Notes under the pieces: model-generated
Database searches by the model: none
What the model saw: the letters and a program-made list of their open reading frames with translations, nothing else
What the model was told of the DNA's origin: nothing
Assembly: GCA_038145405.1 (NCBI GenBank)
Contig: JAYQPQ010000001.1
Coordinates: 16,532-80,531, forward strand
Direction of reading: 5' to 3'
Length of the DNA: 64,000 bases
From: Porticoccaceae bacterium
GTDB taxonomy: Bacteria > Pseudomonadota > Gammaproteobacteria > Pseudomonadales > GM7GCV1
Program-made: the position numbers and the translations under genes
Shown here: positions 1-9,275 of the stretch, piece after piece
Position numbering within the stretch: the stretch's first letter is position 1
How the letters are laid out: every line of letters begins with the position of its first letter

Positions 1-1
1 A

Positions 2-703
2 CAACACCAGAATATTGCCCCTCTGATGGAGACCTATCCCATCGAGAGTACCAATCCGGCGAGCGCCGCCGAGTGGGTAGAGCTAGCCTTGCAGAGCAGC
101 CAGAATTTAGAAGTAGTGCGCCTTTCCCAGAGGGCGGCCAAGGTCAGTGCTCGCTCCAGTTGGACGCCTTACCTGCCCACCCTCAATGGTCGTGTGACCT
201 ACGGTGGCGACTTTGACAATGATCCAGGTTCTCCGGAAGACTCGGGTCGCGTTGTGGTGACATTGGATGTTCCGGTAGTGGTCTTTACCGGTGGCAGTAC
301 GCTGGCGCGTCGCCGCCAGGCTTACTACGATCTGGACCAGGCCAATGAAGAGTTGCTCAGCGCCCAGCGCAGCCTGGAGCAAAGCATTCGCACCCAGCAC
401 CTTACGGTGGCGTCGAATATCAATCAGGTGCGTGCACGTCTGCAGGCGATTCGCTCCGCACAGAGCGCTCTGGAAGCGACGCAGGCAGGTTATGAAGTTG
501 GTACGCGCAATCTGGTCGATGTGCTGGTCGCCCAGCAGAACCTGTTCCGCGCTCGCCGCAATTATCTGTCTTCGCGCTACACCTACATCGGCAGCATATT
601 TAATCTGAAAGCCACGGCCGGCAATTTGACTGAAGTGGATCTGCAAGAAATGAATCGTTGGCTCGACCAGTCGGCTCAGATCGCCCGCAGCCAGTTTCAA
701 TAG
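2..703 (+). CDS. tolC: TolC-family outer membrane channel, C-terminal part (5' end lies outside the window)
   Basis: The frame of ORF 26..703 stays open back to the window edge (no stop in codons 2..25). It has TolC-type second-repeat helices (YYDLDQANEELLSAQRSLEQSIRTQ; LVDVLVAQQNLFRARRNYLSSRYTYI). Convergent with waaA. Confidence 0.8.
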   Translation, partial: QHQNIAPLMETYPIESTNPASAAEWVELALQSSQNLEVVRLSQRAAKVSARSSWTPYLPTLNGRVTYGGDFDNDPGSPEDSGRVVVTLDVPVVVFTGGSTLARRRQAYYDLDQANEELLSAQRSLEQSIRTQHLTVASNINQVRARLQAIRSAQSALEATQAGYEVGTRNLVDVLVAQQNLFRARRNYLSSRYTYIGSIFNLKATAGNLTEVDLQEMNRWLDQSAQIARSQFQ

Positions 704-1977
704 GAATTTAGTAGGGCTTTGATCTGCTGGTAGTGGAACAGGGTGGCACCCTGTCCCTGTTTCACTACACTTGCGGCCGCCCGGCCACATTGCTCGCTTA
801 ACTGCGCGCTGCCCAGCAATCGCACTACCGCATAACCTAGCTCAGCAGCCGTTTTAACCGGAATCAGGCCACCGGCATCCTGCAGGCGCTGGCGAATATC
901 CTGAAAATTGAAGGTATGCGGGCCGCTGAGCACGGGCAGGGCCCAAGCCGCCGGCTCGATGAGATTGTGCCCGCCACGCTTGACCAGACTACCACCGACA
1001 AAGGCCAGATCGGCTCCACCCAGCATGGCTGGCAGCTCGCCGAGCAGATCGGCTACCACAATGCGGGCATGGCTCGACACCTTGCCGCGCACCTGGGTCT
1101 GGCGCACCGTCTCCATGCCGCTTTCGTGCACCAGCGCGCTAACCTCATCGAATCGTTCCTGATGCCGGGGAACCAGAACCAGCAGCGCCTCGGGAAACTT
1201 TTTTAGCACGCGTCGATGCGCCTCGATGACTTGCTTTTCTTCGCCCCGATGCGTCGAGGCGGCAATCCAGACCGGGCGCTCCCGGCCCCAGCAATCGCGA
1301 TAGTCGGCCGCACGACGCCGCAGCGATTCGTCGGGGCTGACATCAAACTTGATGCTGCCGCCGACGTGCACGTGCTGCTCGTGCGCGCCCAGTTGGATAA
1401 AGCGCTGCCGCTCGACCTCGGTCTGGGCAATGATCAGATCAAGCTCGCGCAACATGGTGCGGGCAAAGCGTCCCAGATAGCGGTAGCCGCGCGCCGAACG
1501 CTCTGACAAGCGCGCGTTGGCCAGCACCGTGGGAATATCGCGCTTCCAGCAGTTGTGCAACAGATTGGGCCAGAGTTCGGTCTCCAGCAATACCGCCAGC
1601 GTCGGCTGGGTGCGATCGAGGAAGCGCGCAGTGGCACCCGGCATATCGATCGGCAGATAGGCCTGCTCGACGCGATGGCCAAACAGACTGAACACCTGGG
1701 CGAATCCGGTCGGCGTGGTCGAGGACACCAGCACCCGATCGACTGTCTCTTCAGCCAGAAACAGGCGAATCAGGCCTGCCGAAGCGATGGTCTCTCCGAC
1801 CGACACGCAGTGAAACCAGACGCGCTGATTGACTTTTACGAGTTCGGCGCCAAAGCCGAGCCGCTGCGGAATCTCGTCGAGGTAGGCCGGGTTGCGACGC
1901 GCCTTGACCAACAGACGAGCCAGCGCCAGGGGTGTCAGCGAATAGGTGAGAGCGGAGTAGAGATTGCGCACCAGCAT
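697..1977 (-). CDS. waaA: 3-deoxy-D-manno-octulosonic acid (Kdo) transferase
   Basis: Carries the WFHCVSVGETIASAGLI signature and a glycosyltransferase C-terminal half. Start moved to MLVRNLYSALTYS (ATG at 1977), which matches the E. coli WaaA N-terminus and sits 2 nt after the upstream permease stop. Confidence 0.9.
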   Translation of the reverse strand: MLVRNLYSALTYSLTPLALARLLVKARRNPAYLDEIPQRLGFGAELVKVNQRVWFHCVSVGETIASAGLIRLFLAEETVDRVLVSSTTPTGFAQVFSLFGHRVEQAYLPIDMPGATARFLDRTQPTLAVLLETELWPNLLHNCWKRDIPTVLANARLSERSARGYRYLGRFARTMLRELDLIIAQTEVERQRFIQLGAHEQHVHVGGSIKFDVSPDESLRRRAADYRDCWGRERPVWIAASTHRGEEKQVIEAHRRVLKKFPEALLVLVPRHQERFDEVSALVHESGMETVRQTQVRGKVSSHARIVVADLLGELPAMLGGADLAFVGGSLVKRGGHNLIEPAAWALPVLSGPHTFNFQDIRQRLQDAGGLIPVKTAAELGYAVVRLLGSAQLSEQCGRAAASVVKQGQGATLFHYQQIKALLNSY

Positions 1978-1978
1978 A

Positions 1979-3568
1979 CTAGTGATAATGCAGTCGACGC
2001 GACTGCACAATCAATAGAATTACCGGCAGGATACTGACCGCGACTAGGACCAGGGCAGGGCTTGCCGCCCAGTGCCATTGGCTCTCGCCGGTCAGTTCGT
2101 AGATGCGTGTTGCCAAAGTATCCCAACCGAAGGGACGCAGCAGCAGGGTGGCCGGCATCTCCTTCAGCACGTCGACAAAGACCAGCAAACAGGCAGTCAG
2201 CGCAGCCGGGCTGAGCATGGGTAGGTAAAGACGCCAAACAATGGCCGGGCGACTGGCGCCCATGAGTTGCGCCGCCTCAGGCAAACTAGGCCGGATGCGC
2301 TCTAGGCCGGAAGCCAGGGGACCATAGGCGGGACGGATAAATCGAACCATATATGCCAGCATCAAACCTGTAATGGAACCCACCAGCAGCGGCTGGTGCG
2401 AGCGTCCCAACCAATCGCCGAGACCAATCCAGAAAGCATCGATGGGTCCGGCCAGACTCACCACGGCTACCGCAAGCACCGAACCCGGCAGCATGTAGCC
2501 CAGATTGGCCAGGGCAGCCCAGCCTTTGCCGGAGGGAGTCAGCCGGGAGCCACTTGCCAACAGCAAGGCCAGTGTCACGATCATAACAGCGGCGCCACCT
2601 GCCAAAACAAAACTATGTCCCATTAACGCAATCAGCCGAGCATCGAATTGGGGCGATGCCCAACACCACAAAAGCAGCTGCAGCAATGGCATCGCCACTG
2701 CTAACAGCAACACCAGCAGGCACCAGGCAGTAGCCAGCCAACCGCGCCATCCCGCCAGCACATAACGATCCGTCTGCTTGCGTGCGCCCTGCTCCACCCG
2801 TGCTCGTCCACGGCTCCAGTATTCGAGGCCCAGCACCAGCACGACAAACCCGAGCAGCAGGGTCGAAAGCTGGGCCGCTGTCGCAATGCTGAACAGACTG
2901 ATCCAGGATTTGTAGATGGCCGTGGTGAAAGTGTTGTAGTTGAATATGGAAACCACGCCGAAATCAGCCAGTGTTTCCATCAGGGCTAGCGCCAGGCCGG
3001 CCATAATGCCGGGGCGGGCCATGGGCAACCCTACTCGCCAAACGCTTTGCCAGCTGCTGGCGCCAAGTGAGCGCGCCGCGTCCAGCGCCTGACGGCCTTG
3101 CAACAGCAAAATATTTCGCGTCAACAGGTAGACGTAGGGATAGAGAACGGCGGTCATGACCAGCACCACCACCCACGGCTGACGCACATCGAGCGGCCGC
3201 TGCAGACCCAACCAATGCATCAGCAGCTGCTGGATTGGACTACCGAAATCAAAGATACCCAGGACGACGAAGGCCAGCACGTAGGGCGGCATCGCTAACG
3301 GCAGAACAAGGGCCCAGTCCAGCCAGCGCCGGCCCGGGAAGTCGTACAGTGCGGTGAGCCAGGCCAACGATACGCCCAATAGCACAACCCCCAGACCCAC
3401 GCCGATTAATAGGGTCAGCGAGTTGGCAACCAGTTCGCCGAGCTGGGTATTCACTAGGTGACGCCAAACCTGGGTATCCGGGTGCAGCCAGGTGGACAGC
3501 AGAAAGCCGATCGGCAGCACCACGAGCAGTGCAGCCAGCACACCGGGAAGCGTCCAGAGTTGCCGCAC
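1979..3568 (-). CDS. fbpB: Fe(3+) ABC transporter permease, fused two-domain type
   Basis: 529-aa polytopic membrane protein with duplicated ABC-permease cores. Lies directly downstream of the Fe3+-binding protein gene. Confidence 0.8.
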   Translation of the reverse strand: MRQLWTLPGVLAALLVVLPIGFLLSTWLHPDTQVWRHLVNTQLGELVANSLTLLIGVGLGVVLLGVSLAWLTALYDFPGRRWLDWALVLPLAMPPYVLAFVVLGIFDFGSPIQQLLMHWLGLQRPLDVRQPWVVVLVMTAVLYPYVYLLTRNILLLQGRQALDAARSLGASSWQSVWRVGLPMARPGIMAGLALALMETLADFGVVSIFNYNTFTTAIYKSWISLFSIATAAQLSTLLLGFVVLVLGLEYWSRGRARVEQGARKQTDRYVLAGWRGWLATAWCLLVLLLAVAMPLLQLLLWCWASPQFDARLIALMGHSFVLAGGAAVMIVTLALLLASGSRLTPSGKGWAALANLGYMLPGSVLAVAVVSLAGPIDAFWIGLGDWLGRSHQPLLVGSITGLMLAYMVRFIRPAYGPLASGLERIRPSLPEAAQLMGASRPAIVWRLYLPMLSPAALTACLLVFVDVLKEMPATLLLRPFGWDTLATRIYELTGESQWHWAASPALVLVAVSILPVILLIVQSRRLHYH

Positions 3569-3588
3569 CGGGGCGAGTCCGGCCTGAA

Positions 3589-4614
3589 TTAACGGTAGCC
3601 GGCGCGGTCCATCAGCATGACCGCCTCGGACTGCAGCTGGCCCAGTCTCTCCACTTCCAGTTCATCCGCTGTGAACGCACCCCAGGCCTGAACCTCGGGC
3701 ACCGCTTGCACTTGCGGATTCACCGGAAACTCTCGATTGAGGCCGGCAAAAAGATGCTGCGCTTCGGGTTGACTCAACCACTCGATCAGCTGTTGGGCAA
3801 GCTGCGGATGGGGTGCCGTGCGCACCACGCCGGCTCCGGACACATTGATATGTACGCCGCTGCTGTCCTGGTTGGGCCAGAAAATAGCCACCGGGATATC
3901 CGGGTTATCGGCCTCCATGCGACCAAAATAGTAGGTATTCACCACCGCCACATCACAGGCTCCGGCAACGATAGCCTCGATGGCCTGGTTGTCACTGGCG
4001 AGAGGTTCCAGGGCCAGGTTGTCGGCCCAACCGCGCACCACCTGCTCGGTAGCCTCCGCACCCAGCCGGGTCATCAGACTGGCCACCAAAGATTGGTTGT
4101 AGACCTTTTTCGAGGTGCGCAGGCAGAGTCGACCGCGCCACTGCGGATCAGCCAGTCCCTCGTAGGAGGACAGGTTTTGCGGATTGACGCGCTCTGTCGA
4201 GTACACCAGGGTGCGGGCCCGAACCGAGAGTCCGAACCAGGTGTCGTTGGCGGAGCGCAAATGCGCTGGTACGTTTCGCTCCAGGATTTCGCTGGCAATC
4301 GGCTGGAAGGCGCCCAGCGAATCGGCATACCAGAGATTGCCGGCATCGACCGTGAGCAACACGTCAGCCGGGCTGGATTCGCCTTCGGCCTGGATGCGGG
4401 CAATCAGGGCGGCTTCCGTATCAGTGGTATAGCGCACAGCGATACCGGTCTGCTCGGTAAAGCGATCGAAGAGCGGCTTGATCAAGTAATCGGCACGTGC
4501 CGAGTAGACAGTGACCTGCGGAGCATCAACCCCCACTTCTGGCTCAGACGAGGGACTGCAGGCGGTGAGCAAGACTAGACTAAGGCCAATAAGACGAATG
4601 CGGCAGGAAGACAT
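3589..4614 (-). CDS. fbpA: Fe(3+) ABC transporter periplasmic substrate-binding lipoprotein
   Basis: Has a lipoprotein signal (LVLLTAC) and looks like the FbpA/AfuA-type extracellular solute-binding family. A Fur box lies 26-44 nt upstream. Confidence 0.8.
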   Translation of the reverse strand: MSSCRIRLIGLSLVLLTACSPSSEPEVGVDAPQVTVYSARADYLIKPLFDRFTEQTGIAVRYTTDTEAALIARIQAEGESSPADVLLTVDAGNLWYADSLGAFQPIASEILERNVPAHLRSANDTWFGLSVRARTLVYSTERVNPQNLSSYEGLADPQWRGRLCLRTSKKVYNQSLVASLMTRLGAEATEQVVRGWADNLALEPLASDNQAIEAIVAGACDVAVVNTYYFGRMEADNPDIPVAIFWPNQDSSGVHINVSGAGVVRTAPHPQLAQQLIEWLSQPEAQHLFAGLNREFPVNPQVQAVPEVQAWGAFTADELEVERLGQLQSEAVMLMDRAGYR

Positions 4615-4639
4615 GAAGTGAACGCCTGATAGGTTAGGC

Positions 4640-4658
4640 GATAATGATAATGATTCCT
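4640..4658 (-). promoter_or_regulatory. Fur box in the fbpA promoter
   Basis: GATAATGATAATGATTCCT matches the 19-bp Fur consensus GATAATGATAATCATTATC at 15/19 positions, with the first 12 perfect. It lies just upstream of the fbpA start. Confidence 0.65.
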
Positions 4659-4697
4659 ATTTCAATTCTCAATCAGATTATTGGCTTTTGCTTTAAC

Positions 4698-5894
4698 CTA
4701 TTGCATGGCGCGGCGCGCCAGGGCGAGCTTCAGCGATTGCCAACCCGCAACCTGGCGCATGGCCTGATTGCGCACCCAGCTCAAGGCCGCCGAGGAATTG
4801 CCGAAGCCGTAGCGGAAGCCCTCCATGCTGGCCAGCATCGCCAGGTTTTCCAGCTTGCGGGCGCGCTCATAGCGCCGCAGCACCGTGAAGTCACCCGGCG
4901 CCAGGCCCCGGCGAGCAGCCCGCTCGAGTTCCTGATCTAAGGCGCGAATATCGCGAAATCCCAAATTGGCGCCCTGCCCCGCCAGGGGATGCAGGGTATG
5001 TGCGGCATCGCCGACCAGGCAAAACCCAGGCCGACAATAGTTTTTAGCGTGCGTCTGACGCAGTGGAAAGCCAGCGCGCGCCGTGACGCCGTCGATCCGG
5101 CCCAGGCGAACATCGATGGCTACGGCCAACCGCGCGCTGAATTCGACGTCATCCAAGGCAGCGCAGCGCGCTGCTTCGCCTGCATCAAGGGACCACACGA
5201 TGGCGCTCTGATGATCGCCATCCGCGGTATCCGGCAAGGGCAGGAAAGCCAAGGGACCATGCCGGTCAAAGGCCTGCCAGGCAGTTTCGCGATGGGGCAG
5301 CTCGTGCTGCACAACCGCAACCAGGGCGGTTTGTGTCATGGATCGCGTGCGGCAGGCAATACCTGCTATTGTGCGCAGTGCGGAATCGCTACCATCGGCA
5401 GCGACGACCAGCTCGCAGTCCAGGCACTCGCCACTTTCCAGCACCAGCGATGAATAGTCGTTGGCCAGGACCAGATCGATAACCCGCGCGGAAGGCCAGG
5501 GTTCAAGGTTGCGTTGCTCTTCAAGCCCGGCGAAAAGCGCACGCAGCAGATCGGCAACCGACAGGATAGTGCCCAGACTGGCCACGCCCAACTCATCGGC
5601 GCCAAACTCAATATGAGAGCCGCCACGGCGATCCCACACCTGCATGGCAGCATAGGTTTGCAGGCGATCCTTGGGGATGTGCTGCCAAACCTGATTCTGG
5701 GTCAGCCACTCGACTGACCCGGGTGTACAAGCGATAACACGGGCGTCGAAAGCGGTAACTTCCTGCGGAGGCCGCAGCGGGCCCTGATCGATCCAGAGTA
5801 GACGTCGTGTGGGGAAGCGGCGCGCCAGTGTCAGCGCCATGGCTGCGCCCACCGGACCGGCACCGACAACGGCCAGGGGCAGCATAGCGGTCAT
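4698..5894 (-). CDS. ubiH: UbiH/UbiI-family FAD-dependent ubiquinone biosynthesis hydroxylase
   Basis: N-terminal GAGPVG dinucleotide fold and a GDAAH motif (LVGDAAHTLHPLAGQG). Conserved pepP-ubiH synteny, with an ATGA overlap onto pepP. Confidence 0.8.
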   Translation of the reverse strand: MTAMLPLAVVGAGPVGAAMALTLARRFPTRRLLWIDQGPLRPPQEVTAFDARVIACTPGSVEWLTQNQVWQHIPKDRLQTYAAMQVWDRRGGSHIEFGADELGVASLGTILSVADLLRALFAGLEEQRNLEPWPSARVIDLVLANDYSSLVLESGECLDCELVVAADGSDSALRTIAGIACRTRSMTQTALVAVVQHELPHRETAWQAFDRHGPLAFLPLPDTADGDHQSAIVWSLDAGEAARCAALDDVEFSARLAVAIDVRLGRIDGVTARAGFPLRQTHAKNYCRPGFCLVGDAAHTLHPLAGQGANLGFRDIRALDQELERAARRGLAPGDFTVLRRYERARKLENLAMLASMEGFRYGFGNSSAALSWVRNQAMRQVAGWQSLKLALARRAMQ

Positions 5895-7231
5895 CCCGCC
5901 ATCAGGGCTTCGATTTCGCCCGGCTTTTTAACCACTGCACTGGTGAGAATCTCTCGGCCGGTCTTGCGCAGGACCACGTCGTCCTCGATGCGAATACCGA
6001 TACCGCGCCAGCGCGCCGGCACACTGGTGTCGTCCTGGTGCACGTAAATGCCCGGCTCGATGGTGGTCACCATACCGTGTTCAAATTCGCGCCATTCGCC
6101 CGCGGATCCATCGACCTTGTAATCGCCGACATCGTGCACATCCATGCCCAGCCAGTGGCCGGCGCGATGCATGTAAAAGCGGGTATAGGCGCGCTCTTCG
6201 ATAACCTGATCCAGCTTGCCCTTAAGCAGCCCCAGATCGAGCAACCCCTGCGCGATAACCTGCACGCTGGCCACGTGCGGCTCGATAAAGCGACGCCCGA
6301 CCTGACAGGCATCGATGGCAGCGTATTGAGCATCAAGCACAATGTCGTAGAGAGCACGCTGCTCGGCGCTGAACTTGCCGTTCACCGGAAATGTGCGGGT
6401 AATGTCAGCCGCATAGCCCTGATACTCGCAACCGGCATCAATCAGCACTAGGTCGCCGTCGCGTAGGGGGCTGCGGTTTTCAATGTAGTGCAGAACGCAG
6501 GCATTGGCGCCACCGCCGACGATGGTGCTGTAGGCTGCTGCCTCGGCACCATTCTGGGCAAACCAGTATTCGATCTCTGCCTGCAACTGATATTCGTAGA
6601 GACCGGGGCGGCAAACGCGCATGGCGCGGGTATGCGCCGCGGCAGAAATCTTCGCCGCCTTGCGCATTACCTTGAGTTCCGCCGCGGATTTCAACAAGCG
6701 CATCTCGTGCACCAGGTGATCGAGATCGACAATCTCGGCGGGCGGCGACACCCCGGAGCGCGACTGGGCGCGAATGTGGTTAATCCAGCTCGTCAGGTGC
6801 TTGTCGAGCTCGGGATAGAGACCCATGCTGTAAAACACCTTGTCCTTGCCTTCAATCAGGCCGGGCAAAATCTCGTCCATGTCACTGATGGGGAAGGCAT
6901 CGTCAGCACCATACTGGGCAATCGCGCCTTCCGGCCCGGCGCGAAAACCATCCCAGATTTCCTTGCTGCGATCCTTCTCGCGACAGAAAAACACCACCTG
7001 TCCCTGCTGGCGACCAGGAATCAGGACCAGCACCGCATCCGGCTCGGGAAACCCACTCAGATAGCTCAGGTTGCTGTCCTGCCGAAAACGGAAATGGGTA
7101 TCGCGCGAGCGGATCAGTTCGCTGGCGCCGGGAATGATGGCAATGGAAGACGGCCCCATCTGCCGCATCAGGTTCTGGCGACGACGTGCGTAGTCTTCAG
7201 GTCGGACCAAAATGGGGTTGGTCGCAGTCAT
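5891..7231 (-). CDS. pepP: Xaa-Pro aminopeptidase
   Basis: M24B pita-bread motifs (DAGCEYQGYAADITRT, HWLGMDVHD, TIEPG). Conserved ygfB-pepP-ubiH order. Confidence 0.9.
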   Translation of the reverse strand: MTATNPILVRPEDYARRRQNLMRQMGPSSIAIIPGASELIRSRDTHFRFRQDSNLSYLSGFPEPDAVLVLIPGRQQGQVVFFCREKDRSKEIWDGFRAGPEGAIAQYGADDAFPISDMDEILPGLIEGKDKVFYSMGLYPELDKHLTSWINHIRAQSRSGVSPPAEIVDLDHLVHEMRLLKSAAELKVMRKAAKISAAAHTRAMRVCRPGLYEYQLQAEIEYWFAQNGAEAAAYSTIVGGGANACVLHYIENRSPLRDGDLVLIDAGCEYQGYAADITRTFPVNGKFSAEQRALYDIVLDAQYAAIDACQVGRRFIEPHVASVQVIAQGLLDLGLLKGKLDQVIEERAYTRFYMHRAGHWLGMDVHDVGDYKVDGSAGEWREFEHGMVTTIEPGIYVHQDDTSVPARWRGIGIRIEDDVVLRKTGREILTSAVVKKPGEIEALMAG

Positions 7232-7788
7232 TAGTGGCGCTCCGGGGCGTCTTCCGCCTCGTCCTGAGCTGAAGCACGAAACAGGGCATAGAGGTTCATC
7301 ACCGCCACCCGAACGTACTCGTAAAGCTCTGTGTAATAGGCTTCATTTTCATTGCTTTCGTCCACCTCCAGCGAGAGATTGCCAATCTCTGCCAGATCGA
7401 CAAGGATTTCGCGCATTTCGGCATCTTTGCTCAGTTCCGACGCTGCCAGGGTGTGGCCGAGGCCTTCCAGAAAGCCATTGCACCAGTCGGCCAGACTCTC
7501 CAGTCGGGATGCCAGCGCCCAATCGTCGTCCGGCAAAAGCAGTTCGAAGCCGAAGGTGCTGGTTTCCAGTTGGCGATAGGACTGCTGCATCAGATCGACC
7601 ATCTGCCCAATCAGTTCGGGGCTTTCGCCCGACTGAATATTGAGCAGATTCTCGACGATGCGCTGTCCGCTGGAACCAACCAGCACATGGCCGCCTACCA
7701 GGCGCCCGCACAGGTGACCGTGAATCTCGCCCAGCCTGAATTCGCCGCCTTGATCGGCCAGTTGTTGTAGCAAGGTGTTCCAATTCAT
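7231..7788 (-). CDS. ygfB: UPF0149 family protein YgfB
   Basis: MNWNTLLQQLADQGG...EIHGHLCGRLVGG aligns with the YgfB N-terminus. Start set at ATG 7788, which has a GGAG about 9 nt upstream. The longer ORF reaching 7863 is rejected. Confidence 0.8.
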   Translation of the reverse strand: MNWNTLLQQLADQGGEFRLGEIHGHLCGRLVGGHVLVGSSGQRIVENLLNIQSGESPELIGQMVDLMQQSYRQLETSTFGFELLLPDDDWALASRLESLADWCNGFLEGLGHTLAASELSKDAEMREILVDLAEIGNLSLEVDESNENEAYYTELYEYVRVAVMNLYALFRASAQDEAEDAPERH

Positions 7789-7900
7789 TTTGAATACTCC
7801 ATGCCACATTCTAGCAGCAGCACCCCACTCCTCGGGAGCAGGATTGACCATGTCGGCAAGCAACGCCTATAGTGTCAAAAATGCCGTGATATCGCGCACT

Positions 7901-8110
7901 ATGAGTGAAAAAAACCTGAAATCACTAGAAGCCAAGATCGACGAACTGATCGCTTTTTCTGCCCACCTGCGGCAGGAAAACGAAGCGCTTAAAAAGCGCG
8001 AGTCGGGCCTGATGAAAGAGCGCACCCAACTGATTGAGAAAACCAACCTGGCGCGCCAGCGCGTCGAGGCCATGATCAGCAAGCTGAAAAACCTGCAGGA
8101 AACCCCCTAG
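7901..8110 (+). CDS. Small coiled-coil protein immediately upstream of zapA (TIGR02449-like)
   Basis: 69-aa heptad-rich protein (MSEKNLKSLEAKIDELI...). Its stop abuts the zapA ATG. The N-terminal extension from 7775 is rejected. Confidence 0.6.
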   Translation: MSEKNLKSLEAKIDELIAFSAHLRQENEALKKRESGLMKERTQLIEKTNLARQRVEAMISKLKNLQETP

Positions 8111-8425
8111 ATGGCATCCTCCAACCAGACCGTGACCATCACCCTGCTCGACAAGCAGTATCAGGTCGCCTGTCCCATCGAAGAGCGCGAGGAATTGCTG
8201 GAGTCAGCCCGGGTGCTGAATCAGCAGATGCTGGATATCCGTCGCTCCGGTGCCGTCATTGGCCTGGAGCGCATCGCCATTATGTCCGCCCTGAATATCG
8301 CGCACGAACTGGTGCGCGCGCAGAAATCTACCCAGACCGGCGACATGGTCGGCTCGGGCATCGAGCGCCTGCGCGACAAAATCGACGACGCGATTCGCGG
8401 TCTGTCTCCCAGCCTGTCCTCCTAG
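8111..8425 (+). CDS. zapA: Cell division protein ZapA
   Basis: VTITLLDKQYQVACPIEEREELLESARVLNQQM is typical ZapA. Conserved zapA-ssrS-ygfA synteny. Confidence 0.9.
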   Translation: MASSNQTVTITLLDKQYQVACPIEEREELLESARVLNQQMLDIRRSGAVIGLERIAIMSALNIAHELVRAQKSTQTGDMVGSGIERLRDKIDDAIRGLSPSLSS

Positions 8426-8475
8426 AGTCGGAACTGAGGGAGTTATTCAGAACTCCCCTAGTTTGCTATACTGCG

Positions 8476-8657
8476 TGTGCCCTGGGGTGTTCGCCATTCC
8501 GACACGTCCTCGAGCCTATGATCTTTTCACTAGGATTCTCTCTGTCGAAGTTGTTGTGCATGTCCGCTAGACGGGAAGCCTGATACGCGTCGAGAGTCTC
8601 CACCTTGAACCGCTGGGTTCAAGGGCCAGCTCGGATAACGGCATCACCGGGGTCCTC
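8476..8657 (+). ncRNA. ssrS: 6S RNA
   Basis: Sits between zapA and the 5-formyl-THF cyclo-ligase gene, as in E. coli. Shares blocks with E. coli 6S: GGTGTTCGCC, CCTCGAGCCTATGATCTTTTCAC and CACCTTGAACC...GGGTTCAAGGG...GGCATC. The 5' CCCTGGGGTG pairs with the 3' CACCGGGGT closing stem. A TATACT -10 lies at 8467-8472. Ends are good to about 5 nt. Confidence 0.85.
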
Positions 8658-8693
8658 TATCCTCTCCCAAGGTCCATCCATATCGGGGGATCA

Positions 8694-9275
8694 ATGGACA
8701 AGGCAAGCCTTCGCAAACAGCTTCGCCAGCAACGGCGCCAACTCAGCGCCACCGTAAGGGAACGGCACTCCCAGGCAATTTGCCAGCACCTCGCTGCGCA
8801 TACCTGGCTACGAACGGCACGCCAAATTGCCCTCTACCTTCCCAACGATGGCGAACCGGACGTCACCGGCCTGATTGCTTTACTTGGCGGCCGCAATCGG
8901 CACTATCACCTGCCTTGCCTGCGTGGCTTTGGCAAACAACATATGACGTTTGGCGCCTGGGAACCGGGCGACGAACTAACACCCAATCGCTATTGCATAC
9001 CCGAGCCGGCCATCTGCCGCAGCATTCCGCGCTGGGCCTTGTCGGTTGTCCTGGTGCCCTTGGTGGGGTTCGATGATCGGGGCAATCGCCTGGGTATGGG
9101 CGCCGGCTACTATGACCGCACTTTCCAGCTGCGCCGCGACAATCGGCGCAGCCTGCCGAGGCTGATAGGCGTTGCTCACGATTTTCAGCAGCTGGAATCC
9201 CTGCCTTCCGATCCCTGGGATATACCGCTCGACCTGGTGGTCACCAACCAGGGGTTGGTGCAGATCGCGCGCTAA
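8694..9275 (+). CDS. 5-formyltetrahydrofolate cyclo-ligase
   Basis: 193 aa with a C-terminal GxGxGYYDR motif (LGMGAGYYDRTF). Lies downstream of ssrS, as E. coli ygfA does. Confidence 0.85.
   Translation: MDKASLRKQLRQQRRQLSATVRERHSQAICQHLAAHTWLRTARQIALYLPNDGEPDVTGLIALLGGRNRHYHLPCLRGFGKQHMTFGAWEPGDELTPNRYCIPEPAICRSIPRWALSVVLVPLVGFDDRGNRLGMGAGYYDRTFQLRRDNRRSLPRLIGVAHDFQQLESLPSDPWDIPLDLVVTNQGLVQIAR

Noticed and set aside
8438-8457. A hairpin GGGAGTT-attcag-AACTCCC right after zapA, considered as a terminator.
   Set aside because: No U-tract follows it, and it overlaps the presumed -35 region of the 6S RNA promoter. Its function is unclear, so it is not called.
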